DNA of 64,000 nt. Source: an uncultured Eubacteriales bacterium. Its GTDB lineage: Bacteria; Actinomycetota; Coriobacteriia; Anaerosomatales; JAAXUF01. The notes under the pieces were generated by a model, which saw nothing but the letters and a program-made list of their open reading frames with translations, did not search any database and was not told where the DNA came from. The stretch spans positions 39,863-103,862 of the forward strand of contig CAZIPN010000001.1 of the NCBI GenBank assembly GCA_964541225.1, read 5' to 3'. The position numbers were made by a program, and so were the translations under genes. Position 1 is the first letter of the stretch. Each line of letters begins with the position of its first letter. Shown piece after piece: positions 20,624 through 29,900 of the stretch.

Positions 20624-20700
20624 GGGACCTCCCCGTTGACGCGGCACGCGAATCGGCTTCCAGCATGCACTACTATGGTGATACCCGACGATGGAGGTCC

Positions 20701-21150
20701 ATGTTGCGTCGCAACCGAGCACTCATCGGCGTGGCGTTCAGTATCGCGATTCTCGCGCTCCTGATCACGACTGGCTGCACACCGTCCGGCCCCACTTGGG
20801 TTGACTCTGGTGCATCGTACACAACGAAGAACGTCTCCGGTGTCTTGGACAAGGTCGACATTTCCTCGTTGAAGGACACCTCCGCGGGCGACACGACCCA
20901 ACTCCGGCACAAGGCTCTCACCGATCTGCGTCGACGCGGCGGCAACGCCTCACTCGCGGCTGACCTCATTACCAAGACACTCCCGGCCAACACGCGAGGC
21001 GTCCCCGTGTACGTTGAGCGAGCAACCATGAACGGGCAATCCGCCTACCTCCTCGTTGAAGCCATAGGCCCAGCCAACGGAAACTTGACGACGAAACGTC
21101 TGTGGGTGTTGTCCAGTGCGGGTGCGGTCCTGTTCGTCGGCACGCGCTGA
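20701..21150 (+). CDS. Putative lipoprotein
   Basis: Signal peptide with a lipobox (ILALLITTGC). No recognisable domain. Confidence 0.55.
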   Translation: MLRRNRALIGVAFSIAILALLITTGCTPSGPTWVDSGASYTTKNVSGVLDKVDISSLKDTSAGDTTQLRHKALTDLRRRGGNASLAADLITKTLPANTRGVPVYVERATMNGQSAYLLVEAIGPANGNLTTKRLWVLSSAGAVLFVGTR

Positions 21151-21226
21151 AGATCACCGACGCCACATCCACGACGCGCGCTGACACCTCCCCGCGCAGT
21201 GCGCTACCGCGAAACCCCTCTCAGTT

Positions 21227-21610
21227 TCATCGGCACAGCTGTGCGCGGTACTCGTCAAGCACGTCGCTTGGAACTCGTTGCGTCCAACCTCGCTGTAGCT
21301 CATCCCAGATGTCTGCCCCGCATCGCCCGGCCGCGCGAAGATCGGCCACCACACTCTCAATGACCAGACGTGCGGTCGCTCTAGGTGGACTGCTGCGCCG
21401 CCAGAGTCGGCGTCGCACCACTGCTGAGAAATACGCAGTCGCTCGACGTCGCTCCTGCGCCGTGACCGGACCACCGCTCCCGCCCACGGCTCGCCTGGTT
21501 GCTGTTCGTGCCTCCTCAGCAACGCTGCCCGGTACGTCGCGCGACAGTGCATCGGATACGAGCGTGGCCAGGACGTCTTCGAGTGCGTCAGTGGTCGTAC
21601 TGTCGAACAT
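21227..21610 (-). CDS. Hypothetical protein
   Basis: 127-aa ORF with GGAGG 5 nt upstream of the ATG. No recognisable motif. Confidence 0.45.
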   Translation of the reverse strand: MFDSTTTDALEDVLATLVSDALSRDVPGSVAEEARTATRRAVGGSGGPVTAQERRRATAYFSAVVRRRLWRRSSPPRATARLVIESVVADLRAAGRCGADIWDELQRGWTQRVPSDVLDEYRAQLCR

Positions 21611-21690
21611 GGCTGCCTCCTACGAACGTTTGTTCGCAGAAGATAGCAAGGGGGTCTGACATCATCTCGACAGCGCAACCTCTGCACGTG

Positions 21691-22389
21691 CTAGCCGCCG
21701 AGACGCTCGACGAGCACCACCAACGCGGAACGAAGCAGCCCTGACACCCATATCTCGAAGAACGCGACCGCCATTGCGGCAAGAATGGGTGCCCACGCCT
21801 GCGTGAGCCGCTCGGCTCGACGCTCGAAGGGTGGCAGCGTGCACACCATTACCAGGTTGACCGCCGTAAGCGTGCCGACAATCGCCAGCGCAACAAGGAT
21901 CGGGTAGAGCACACCGAGCAGCGGCAAACCCCAGTACACGACGGCGTACGCAATAGGAACTGCGGCGAGCCACAGCGCGAGCTTCCACGGAGTGTTCAGG
22001 ACCCGCTCACGTGAGCTTGTTCGCCACAGTTCATCGTTGATCATCGGCGTAACAAGTGCCCCGATCGCGAAGCCCGTTAGCAGCCCGGTGATCAACCGCA
22101 GCTCGTTTGTGGTGGCCCGTATTCCAACGTATTCGGTCACACCGTCGAGTGCCATGCTCCCCACCATGAGCGCCATTGCGATCCACGCCGCCGGTGAGGG
22201 CATACCCCGAGGGCGAGAGCCCCGATGCAGGACGGAAATCAGCAGCATCGAAAGCACCACGCCAACGTAGATGCCTGTGTCGCGCGCGCACACGGGCACT
22301 TGAATGCCACCACCGAAGAACGAACGCTGTGGCATCTGGTGACAGAGGCCGTATCCCGTCCAATGCAAGAACCCCTGGAGAACTTGCAT
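21691..22389 (-). CDS. DUF2085-family membrane protein
   Basis: The N-terminal CHQMPQRSF...VCARDTGIY signature is followed by several TM helices. The start is ATG 22389 or GTG 22395. Confidence 0.65.
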   Translation of the reverse strand: MQVLQGFLHWTGYGLCHQMPQRSFFGGGIQVPVCARDTGIYVGVVLSMLLISVLHRGSRPRGMPSPAAWIAMALMVGSMALDGVTEYVGIRATTNELRLITGLLTGFAIGALVTPMINDELWRTSSRERVLNTPWKLALWLAAVPIAYAVVYWGLPLLGVLYPILVALAIVGTLTAVNLVMVCTLPPFERRAERLTQAWAPILAAMAVAFFEIWVSGLLRSALVVLVERLGG

Positions 22390-22451
22390 GCACACCGCCC
22401 TGGATAGTCAAACGACAGGCCACATGTCGGCGGCCTGTCGTTACGTCCGGA

Positions 22452-22528
<77 letters not shown>

Positions 22529-22684
22529 GCGAGGCGCTATGCTAGCACGCCGACGACAACCAGCGCAAAGAATCGGAGTTGACCGGCTGCGGTCCTGACC
22601 TGCTGCCTTGAGCGCGAAACGACTCGGAGTCACGAGGCACACGGAGGTCTGTGATCCGCAACCGCAGGGGCCAACAGCAGCGCG

Positions 22685-23953
22685 CTAGCGGATGGAGATG
22701 GAGTCGGCGAGGCGATTGAGTTCGGTGATCGCCGCTTGAATCTGCCGAGACGCCTGCGCCGCCTGAGTCGCAACGTCGGCCATCTCACGCATCGAGATGA
22801 CGACCTGCTCCGAAGCAGAGCGCTGCTGCTGGGTCGCAATCGATATCTGCTTCGCGGAGTCTGTTGTCTCCTCGACTTGGCTGACAATGGTGTCGAGCGA
22901 GTCGGCCGTGCGCTGGGCCAGATCCTTGCCTTCCTGCACCTTCTTGGAGGCTTTCTCTGTCGACATGACGAGCGCACTCGAAGAAGTCTGTATCTCTCGC
23001 ACGACTCGTCCGATCTCGCTCGTGGACTCCGTGACGGAATCTGCGAGCTTGCGGATCTCTTCGGCGACTACGGCGAACCCTTTGCCAGCCTCGCCCGCAC
23101 GTGCCGCCTCGATCGCCGCATTGAGCGCGAGTATCTTCGTCTGCTCCGCGATATCGTCGATGATCACGAGGACGCGGCCGATCTCCTGGCTCCGCTCACC
23201 AAGCGCCAGAATACGATCGGAGGCGACCTGTGTGGTCTCGCGAATCTCCTCAATCCCAACAGACGTGTCGGAGACGCTTTGCATTCCCTCCTCGGCACTT
23301 GCCAGCGTGCGCTCAGCGACGCCCGCAACAGCTTGGGAGTTGTCAGCAATCTGCTTGGACGTCTGGGCAAGCTCCTCCACCGTAGCAGAGGTCTGCGTCA
23401 CGGCAGCAGCTTGCTCCGCAGCACCTGACGCTTGCTGTTCGGTCGCAACCAGCGCCTCTGCTGTGAGCTTGCGAATCTCGTCGACGATCGATCGAACCTG
23501 CTGGATCGTGCCGCCTGCCTCTGAGAACAGCCTCTGAAGCTCGTCTTGAACTGCTCCAGTGTCGTTGGCCTGATTCACCCGCATGCCGAGACCCTCGCCA
23601 GCGCTAGCGAGGATCGCGCTAAGTCCCCGAGTGCTCGAACGATTGGCGATGAAGTAGCTGCCGAGACCAATGCCGCCGCCTGCGAGCGCGGAAAGCGCCT
23701 CAAAGAGGATGAAAGACGGGATGCTCTTGCTCACGACCAGAGGAGAGGCGACTGCGGGGAGCAATGCGCCTACAATGAGACCGAGCACGAGCAGTGTCCA
23801 GCGTAGCCGTTTGCTGGTAGCGTCGGGGCGTCGATTCAAGTGGGCACCTCGCTGCGTGTCTCTCGGATTCTGGGCAATCGTATCAGTGGGTGTCTCGGCA
23901 TGCATCCTTGTCACGGATATACCCCTTAGGGTATCATCCGTCGAGTCTTGCAC
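22685..23953 (-). CDS. Methyl-accepting chemotaxis protein with a minimal sensor (two TM helices directly joined to the signalling domain)
   Basis: Highly conserved MCP hairpin [31 protein letters not shown], with coiled-coil heptads on either side. The start is uncertain (GTG 23953 or ATG 23905). Confidence 0.85.
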   Translation of the reverse strand: MQDSTDDTLRGISVTRMHAETPTDTIAQNPRDTQRGAHLNRRPDATSKRLRWTLLVLGLIVGALLPAVASPLVVSKSIPSFILFEALSALAGGGIGLGSYFIANRSSTRGLSAILASAGEGLGMRVNQANDTGAVQDELQRLFSEAGGTIQQVRSIVDEIRKLTAEALVATEQQASGAAEQAAAVTQTSATVEELAQTSKQIADNSQAVAGVAERTLASAEEGMQSVSDTSVGIEEIRETTQVASDRILALGERSQEIGRVLVIIDDIAEQTKILALNAAIEAARAGEAGKGFAVVAEEIRKLADSVTESTSEIGRVVREIQTSSSALVMSTEKASKKVQEGKDLAQRTADSLDTIVSQVEETTDSAKQISIATQQQRSASEQVVISMREMADVATQAAQASRQIQAAITELNRLADSISIR

Positions 23954-24006
23954 ACTGCCATGGGCGCATCGGCTGCCCAGGTGCTTCGAGAGATCGGAAC
24001 TAAGTA

Positions 24007-24198
24007 ATGAGCAGTATGGTCATCAATCTGAGCCGTTGCGACTCTAGCCCAGTGTGTCCTGTGCGGCGAGTCTGCCCCTCAGATGCGGTATATCCTGTCC
24101 CTGGCGGCTTTGCGATCGATCCCGAGAAGTGCGACATGTGCGGCAGCTGTCTCAGGGTGTGTCCCATGGGTGCTGTCGGCCTGGCCAAAGAAGGATAG
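24007..24198 (+). CDS. Small ferredoxin-like 4Fe-4S protein
   Basis: 63 aa, with [14 protein letters not shown] and the canonical [12 protein letters not shown]. Confidence 0.7.
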   Translation: MSSMVINLSRCDSSPVCPVRRVCPSDAVYPVPGGFAIDPEKCDMCGSCLRVCPMGAVGLAKEG

Positions 24199-24200
24199 TC

Positions 24201-24545
24201 ATGTCAGAACAGGTCCGAGTAGACGTCTTCGACATCCCCGCTCCCAGCCTGTGTTTCTCGGGCGGTTGAGGTCCATCATGGTCTCCGGAGGAGATCACAG
24301 CGATCGTGCGTGACGAAATCCAGCGGAGGTTCGCCGATCAGGTGACCGTTGATTATCACAACGTCGACGAAGAAGCGGTGCGCACCGAGTACGCAACTCT
24401 CATCGGCGAGATTGAGACGCGTGGGTTGCTCTACCCCGTGACGGTCGTCGATTCCGTCCCCGTATACGACGGAGCCGTTAGCTACCCCGCAATCATGCGC
24501 GTCGTGACCAACAAGATCGCCGAACTTCAGGCTGCGGAAGGCTGA
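24201..24545 (+). CDS. ArsD/YuzD-like thioredoxin-fold protein with an in-frame UGA at 24267-24269 (candidate selenocysteine; 114 aa if read through)
   Basis: ATG 24201 lies 2 nt after the ferredoxin stop, with GAAGGA upstream. It is in the same frame as tracked ORF 24306..24545 (GTG). The joined product is MSEQVRVDVFDIPAPSLCFSGG-U-GPSWSPEEITAIVRDEIQ... The C-x4-U-G arrangement mirrors the ArsD motif C-S-T-G-V-C-G. A hairpin follows the UGA and selC is present in the window. Confidence 0.55.
24279..24297 (+). promoter_or_regulatory. SECIS-like stem-loop downstream of the in-frame UGA
   Basis: UGGUCUCC-GGA-GGAGAUCA forms 8 bp including one G-U. It starts 9 nt after the UGA, and the G-rich apical loop lies 17 nt after it. 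Confidence 0.45.
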
Positions 24546-24581
24546 TCTCCCCATAGGCGACGGTGCGCTAAACTGCCGCGT

Positions 24582-25733
24582 ATGGACACGGTCAGCGTCG
24601 CGCGTTGCAGTACGTACGAACCTGCCGAGATTTCGGCAGCGCTTGCGCATGCACTTGCCCCAATCGGAGGCATGAAGGCGTTCGTCTCTCCCGGGCAGCG
24701 CGTGCTTCTCAAGATCAACCTCCTCTCGCGAGCAATCCCCGAGCGCGCGGTAACCACGCATCCCGAATTCGTTCGCGGCGTCATTCGAGAAGTGAAGGCT
24801 GTCGGCGGAATCGTCACCGTGGGAGACAGCCCTGGCGGCCCGAACAGCGCTGGCGCCGTCAGGAGGCTGTGGACTGAGACCGGCATAGGCGAAGTCTGCG
24901 AACAGGAAGACGTGCCCCTCGTGCTCTTCGACGATGACTGTGTTCGCGTCGCGGTCGACGAAAGCAGGCTGTACGGAGCCTTCACCCTGGGAAGAGCGGT
25001 CACAGAAACCGACGTCTTGATCACGCTGCCCAAGCTCAAGACGCATGGCTTCATGATGTTCACCGGCGCCGTCAAGAATCTGTTTGGCTGCATTCCAGGA
25101 CTCCAGAAAGCGCAGTACCACCTCAAGGTTCCTGACCGAGACGACTTCGCCAACATGCTCATCGACCTGCTCCTCGCCTGCCAGCCGAAACTCGCGCTCA
25201 TGGACGCCATTGTCGGCATGGAAGGTAAGGGGCCTGCAGGTGGCACACCCCGACATGTGGGCGCTATCCTTGCGTCCGCCGACAGCGTCGCACTTGACGT
25301 CATTGCCGCGTCGATGGCGGGGCTGGACCTCGCCGAGGTCTACACGAACCGCGCCGCCGCCCGCCGAGGACTGGGACCCAAAGAGATCTCTGAGGTCCCG
25401 ACAGCCGGAGTCGACTGGCGCGCGCTTGCGCCTGACCACTTCGCGCTTCCGGCCCGAGATGTCACAGCGGGAATGCCGCCGTGGCTCGGCAAACGGCTTC
25501 GAGGCTGGACGACTGCTCGGCCGGTCCTGGAGCGTCCAAGCGATTGCACGCGATGCCGGAAGTGTGAGGAGAGCTGCCCCGTCGGGGCCGTTCACGTCGG
25601 CGAGTCTGGGCCCGTCTTCGACTCGTCGTCGTGCATTCGCTGCTACTGCTGTCAGGAACTCTGTCCTACGCAAGCGATCGGTCTCACGGTCCCAGCACTG
25701 GCCCGTCTGGCAATGCGGAGCCGTCCTTCTTAA
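24582..25733 (+). CDS. DUF362 domain protein with a C-terminal 2x[4Fe-4S] ferredoxin domain
   Basis: The N-terminal DUF362-type sequence is VLLKINLL...THPEFVRGVIREV...VTVGDSPG. The C-terminus has CTRCRKCEESCP and CIRCYCCQELCP. Confidence 0.7.
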   Translation: MDTVSVARCSTYEPAEISAALAHALAPIGGMKAFVSPGQRVLLKINLLSRAIPERAVTTHPEFVRGVIREVKAVGGIVTVGDSPGGPNSAGAVRRLWTETGIGEVCEQEDVPLVLFDDDCVRVAVDESRLYGAFTLGRAVTETDVLITLPKLKTHGFMMFTGAVKNLFGCIPGLQKAQYHLKVPDRDDFANMLIDLLLACQPKLALMDAIVGMEGKGPAGGTPRHVGAILASADSVALDVIAASMAGLDLAEVYTNRAAARRGLGPKEISEVPTAGVDWRALAPDHFALPARDVTAGMPPWLGKRLRGWTTARPVLERPSDCTRCRKCEESCPVGAVHVGESGPVFDSSSCIRCYCCQELCPTQAIGLTVPALARLAMRSRPS

Positions 25734-26035
25734 GAAGAACCGGCCCGCGGAGCGAAGCGGTCCAAGAACAGGCCGAGCAAACCGTGCTCCCAGAAGCGAT
25801 CCCAGCCGTCCGCACCCTCAGGAGGAAGCGAGGCGTCGTACGCGCGTCGTTTCGCGGGGTCGCCGAGCACCGCGTACGCTTCGTTGAGGCGCTGCATCAG
25901 GCGCGTCGCCTCAGACCGCCGATCAGAGTGCGCCCGATCCGGATGGTACTTGAGCGACAGCGCGCGGTACGCACGCTCGATGACCTCCGGCTCGGCGTTT
26001 CTCGCGACCTGTAGGGTTCGGTAGTGGTCCACCAC
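25730..26035 (-). CDS. J-domain (DnaJ-like) small protein
   Basis: DHYRTLQVARNAEPEVIERAYRALSLKYHPDR...LNEAYAVLGDPAKRRAYD. Confidence 0.8.
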   Translation of the reverse strand: MVDHYRTLQVARNAEPEVIERAYRALSLKYHPDRAHSDRRSEATRLMQRLNEAYAVLGDPAKRRAYDASLPPEGADGWDRFWEHGLLGLFLDRFAPRAGSS

Positions 26036-26112
26036 GTCTCACGTCTCACTTGGCTACCGATCAAGTGTAGCCTTGTTTTGGCCCCTGGGGCTTGGGTTTC
26101 TCGGCCGAGGGC

Positions 26113-27078
26113 CTATGCGCTCCCGGGTGGAAGTGCCGTGCGCGCCGCGATCTCCGATGCCACAACTCCTCCCAAGACAAGCGTCGCCCCTATTGCTTGC
26201 ACCCACGACAATCGCTGACCCAGAATCATCCACGCGAGAATGATTGTGAACAGGGGCTCGAGCGTGCTGACAACTGCAGCCTGCGAAGGCCCGAGCCCGC
26301 GAATCCCCTCCAGGTACAAGATGATCGCCGCGAACGTCGGAACTAGCACAATCGCGCCGAGCAACCACCACGCCCTGAAGTCCCAGCGGACGGGGAACAG
26401 GGTCAGTCCACCGGCGAGGCTCAGGACAGCGGCGCCCACAGCTGCAATCCCGAAGGTATACGTCATCATGACGAACTGCGAACGTCCCGGAAGCCACCTA
26501 TGGGACAGGAGATTGAACAGCGTGTACCCGACAGCTGCGCCGATTCCCAAGACAATGCCAGGCCAGGATACCCTTTCCACTCCACCGAACAAGCCCACGA
26601 CAGTCGCACATCCCGCGAACGTCACAAGCACCGCGACGCCCCGCGACCAGGTCGCCTTCTCGCCGAGGACCACCCATGACGCCACGGTCACCAGAGCGGG
26701 ATACGCGTAGAGCAGAACCGCCACCACTGCGGCGTCAGCGAACTTCAGGGCGAAGAAGAAGCATACGCTTGCCGCGCCATAGCCGGTCAGAGCGAGAACG
26801 CTGAATCGCAGCAGGTCACGTCCGCCAACAGCAAGCGCCCGAGCATCCCTCACGGCGACAACACACGCGAACAGCAGTGCAGCAGAAGCGAATCTCCAGG
26901 CAAGAAGCTGAAGCGGATCCGCGCCGGCTTGATAGGCGAGCGGGGTAAGGACGGCGAGCGTGCCGAAGCAAGCTGCCGAGACCACGACCATTACAAGCGC
27001 AGCGCTGCGACTCAACCGACGGCTCCTTGCCCGCTGTGCGACCGTCACCGTCGCAGAGACCGGATTGGTCACGAGCAC
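26113..27078 (-). CDS. EamA/DMT-family transporter
   Basis: About 10 TM helices in two repeated halves, typical EamA composition. Confidence 0.7.
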   Translation of the reverse strand: MLVTNPVSATVTVAQRARSRRLSRSAALVMVVVSAACFGTLAVLTPLAYQAGADPLQLLAWRFASAALLFACVVAVRDARALAVGGRDLLRFSVLALTGYGAASVCFFFALKFADAAVVAVLLYAYPALVTVASWVVLGEKATWSRGVAVLVTFAGCATVVGLFGGVERVSWPGIVLGIGAAVGYTLFNLLSHRWLPGRSQFVMMTYTFGIAAVGAAVLSLAGGLTLFPVRWDFRAWWLLGAIVLVPTFAAIILYLEGIRGLGPSQAAVVSTLEPLFTIILAWMILGQRLSWVQAIGATLVLGGVVASEIAARTALPPGSA

Positions 27079-27135
27079 ATGGTAGACTCTCTCGGATCGT
27101 GCTGCCCCATGATGTCATCATCGCAGGAGACCCGC

Positions 27136-27561
27136 ATGAATCTCGCCACTCCCCTCGGCAAGAAGGTCAGCGCAATGGTATCTCGCGTTGTGCTGTGGAT
27201 GTGCGTCGCGGCGTGGGCCGGAGTGATCTTCTGGTTCTCATCCAAACCTGGGTCGCAAATTCCAGGACAGTTCTCGGAGGTTGGACATCTCGGCGAGTAC
27301 TTCATCTTCGGCACGTTGCTCTACTGGGCGCTCCGATCAAGCGGGCTCCGAGAGTACGCCGTCATTGCGGTCGTCGTCACCGCGTCGTTGTACGGCGTAA
27401 CCGACGAGTTCCACCAGCGCTTCGTCCCCATGCGAACACCGGACGTGGCCGATTGGGGCTTGGACACCATCGGAGCGACCGTTGCCGCAGCTATCTCACT
27501 CGCGATAGCAGTGGTGCGGCAGCGCGTGAGAGAGAACCTGACGACCCAAGAGCGTCAGTAG
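27136..27561 (+). CDS. VanZ-family membrane protein
   Basis: AGVIFWFSS...HLGEYFIFGTLL...YGVTDEFHQRFVPMRTPDVADW. ATG 27136 has GGAGA upstream. Confidence 0.7.
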   Translation: MNLATPLGKKVSAMVSRVVLWMCVAAWAGVIFWFSSKPGSQIPGQFSEVGHLGEYFIFGTLLYWALRSSGLREYAVIAVVVTASLYGVTDEFHQRFVPMRTPDVADWGLDTIGATVAAAISLAIAVVRQRVRENLTTQERQ

Positions 27562-28658
27562 ATTCCGGTTTGTGCCGCTGCGGTCGGAGTTACGCCGAGC
27601 TGCCGCACCTTGATCTTGAAGTCGTGCGCGTTGTGCGCCATCGAGATGGCGTCGTCCAACGTGATCTTGCTGTCCTGATAGAGCCGCAGCAGTGACTGGT
27701 CGAAGGTCATCATCCCGTCGTAGTCGCCTGCTTCAATCGCGTCGCGAATCAGATACGTCTTGTCTGGATCCGTGATGTACTCGCGGATCGAGCCAGTCAT
27801 GACCAGAACTTCGACAGCAGGCACCAGCCCACCCTGTATCGACGGTATCAGGCGCATCGAGATGATGCCCCTGAGCGTCGCCGCCAGCATGAGGCGTACC
27901 TGTTTCTGCTGATAGGGCGGGAAGAAATCGATAATGCGATTGATCGTCTCGGTGGAGTCAATGGTGTGCAAGGTGGAGAGCACCAGGTTGCCGATCTCAG
28001 CTGCCGTCAGAGCCGCCGAGACCGTCTCGTGATCGCGCATCTCGCCGATGAGAATGACGTCGGGATCCTGACGCACAACATGGCGCAGGGCGTCCTCATA
28101 GCTGTCGGTGTCGATGCCGATCTCGCGCTGGTTGACGATGCATTTCTTGTCCTGATGCAAGACCTCAATCGGGTCCTCAATCGTGACTATATGTCCCTCG
28201 CGAGTGGAGTTGATGTGATCGATCATCGCGGCAAGCGTCGTCGTCTTGCCCGAACCTGCGGTTCCGGTTACGAGGATCAGTCCTCGTGGCTCATCGGCAA
28301 GCTGCCGTATGACCGACGGCAGTCCCAACTCCTCAACGCTCGACCGGTCCGTGGCGACACGTCTCAGGGTCATCCCAACGCTTCCGCGCTGGTGAAAGAC
28401 GTTGACGCGAAATCGGCCAACCCCAGACAGGGAATAGGCGAAGTCGGCTTCACAGGCCTTCTCGAACGCAGCGCGCTGAGTGTCGTTCATCATCCCCACC
28501 GCAAGCGCGTGAGTCTGTTCAGGAGTTAGCTTCGGCAGCTCGTGCAGAACTACAAGCTTGCCACCAAGCCGAATTGCGGGTGGACTGCCAACCTTGACGT
28601 GGAGGTCTGAACTGCCTCGCTCCGACATGATCTGCAGAAGCCCGTCGATCTCCGCCAT
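27555..28658 (-). CDS. pilT: Type IV pilus retraction ATPase PilT family
   Basis: SDLHVKVGSPP, Walker A GTAGSGKTTT, the Asp box/Walker B ILIGEMRD and the His box LSTLHT. Confidence 0.85.
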   Translation of the reverse strand: MAEIDGLLQIMSERGSSDLHVKVGSPPAIRLGGKLVVLHELPKLTPEQTHALAVGMMNDTQRAAFEKACEADFAYSLSGVGRFRVNVFHQRGSVGMTLRRVATDRSSVEELGLPSVIRQLADEPRGLILVTGTAGSGKTTTLAAMIDHINSTREGHIVTIEDPIEVLHQDKKCIVNQREIGIDTDSYEDALRHVVRQDPDVILIGEMRDHETVSAALTAAEIGNLVLSTLHTIDSTETINRIIDFFPPYQQKQVRLMLAATLRGIISMRLIPSIQGGLVPAVEVLVMTGSIREYITDPDKTYLIRDAIEAGDYDGMMTFDQSLLRLYQDSKITLDDAISMAHNAHDFKIKVRQLGVTPTAAAQTGIY

Positions 28659-28793
28659 GCTCCTATGTCATCTCCCTGAGATTGCGGTCAGCACGCCGGG
28701 GTCCGATACACGCCACCAGGAGCGGCACAAGCAAAGCACCCCAATCGTGTATCGTCCGACCGGGGCGCCAACTTGAAGTCTATGACGATGCGT

Positions 28794-29855
28794 CTACCGT
28801 GGACGACACGCTCCAGCGTAGTCTCTGCGGAAGGCCGAGGCCCGACGCACCCGTGCGCCGGTGTAGGGCGCCTCGATCATCTCGCCGCCCCCAACGTAGA
28901 TGCCTACGTGGTGAATCGGAGAGCCGAAGAACACAAGATCACCAGGCTCAAGGTCCTTGCGTGAGACATGCTGGCCGCATCCATACTGAGCGCTTGAGGA
29001 GTGCGGCAGCGAAATCCCCACCTTGCCGTAGCACCACATGGCGAGGCCAGAACAGTCAAACGTCCTCGGCCCTGAGCCACCCCACACGTACGGGCACCCG
29101 ATCCGCGATTCAGCGTAGGCGACGACATCGCCGTGCGCTGGAATCGACGGCGTCGGATAGTTGTCACTCGCCGGAGTGCCGTAGTGCCCCTGGCTGCGGG
29201 CGGCAGCAGCCGCACGCGAGAGTTCGGCGGCGGCTTCCTGGGCCTGCAGCTGCGCCACTTCAGCCTCGACACCAACGAGCTTGCGCTTGCGCTCGGCTAG
29301 TTGAGACTCGATGTACTTCTTGTTGCTCGTCATCACCGCAAGCTGCTGAGCTGCTGCTTTCTCCTTCGAGACGAGCGCGGTGTGAGCTGCTGTTGCCTCC
29401 GCACGCGCGTCCTTCGTCTGCGCGATATAGTTGGCGTCATCGACATTGAGTTGCTTCAGGACATCCCATGTTCGCGCGAATTGATCGAATGTCTTCGAGC
29501 CCATGAGGACATCGAGGAACCCGAACGGCCCATTGCGATACATGTCGTTGGCACGCGTATCCAGGTGACGTTCCAGCTTGGCCAGGCGCTTCAAGGCCTT
29601 GTTCAGGCGCGCGGCCGCGGCTCGCCGTTGCACGACGAGCTTGCTGTGCTTGTCCCTGGCGGCCACGTATTTCTCATCGGCGATATCGACTCGAGTGTCG
29701 AGCGCAGAAATCTGGCTCTTGACAGCCCGAGCCTGCGCCATCTTCTGAGCCGCAGTAACGGCGTGGGCCGGAGTCGCAGGAACGAGAAACGCCGCTACCG
29801 CAAGTAGCAACGCAAGGTATGTCCTAAGGCGGTTGTTCAGTTCTTTCCTCCCCAA
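28794..29855 (-). CDS. Secreted NlpC/P60 (C40) peptidoglycan endopeptidase with an N-terminal coiled coil (RipA-like)
   Basis: Signal peptide, long coiled coil, and a C-terminal GCPYVWGGSGPRTFDCSGL...GDLVFF...HVGIYVG. Confidence 0.85.
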   Translation of the reverse strand: MGRKELNNRLRTYLALLLAVAAFLVPATPAHAVTAAQKMAQARAVKSQISALDTRVDIADEKYVAARDKHSKLVVQRRAAAARLNKALKRLAKLERHLDTRANDMYRNGPFGFLDVLMGSKTFDQFARTWDVLKQLNVDDANYIAQTKDARAEATAAHTALVSKEKAAAQQLAVMTSNKKYIESQLAERKRKLVGVEAEVAQLQAQEAAAELSRAAAAARSQGHYGTPASDNYPTPSIPAHGDVVAYAESRIGCPYVWGGSGPRTFDCSGLAMWCYGKVGISLPHSSSAQYGCGQHVSRKDLEPGDLVFFGSPIHHVGIYVGGGEMIEAPYTGARVRRASAFRRDYAGACRPR

Positions 29856-29900
29856 ACCGTCAGGGGACGAGCCTCTGGGATGGTATCACGAGCATGTCGG

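Noticed and set aside
24054-24269. Tracked 71-aa ORF ending at the TGA at 24267, as an independent gene.
   Set aside because: Its first two thirds are an alternative frame overlapping the ferredoxin gene. Only the last 22 codons, from ATG 24201, look genuine, and these are better explained as the N-terminus of the UGA-containing ArsD-like ORF.
24276-25673. 465-aa minus-strand ORF covering the ArsD-like and DUF362 genes.
   Set aside because: It is antisense to a frame with clear DUF362 and 2x[4Fe-4S] motifs, and its translation has no recognisable features.
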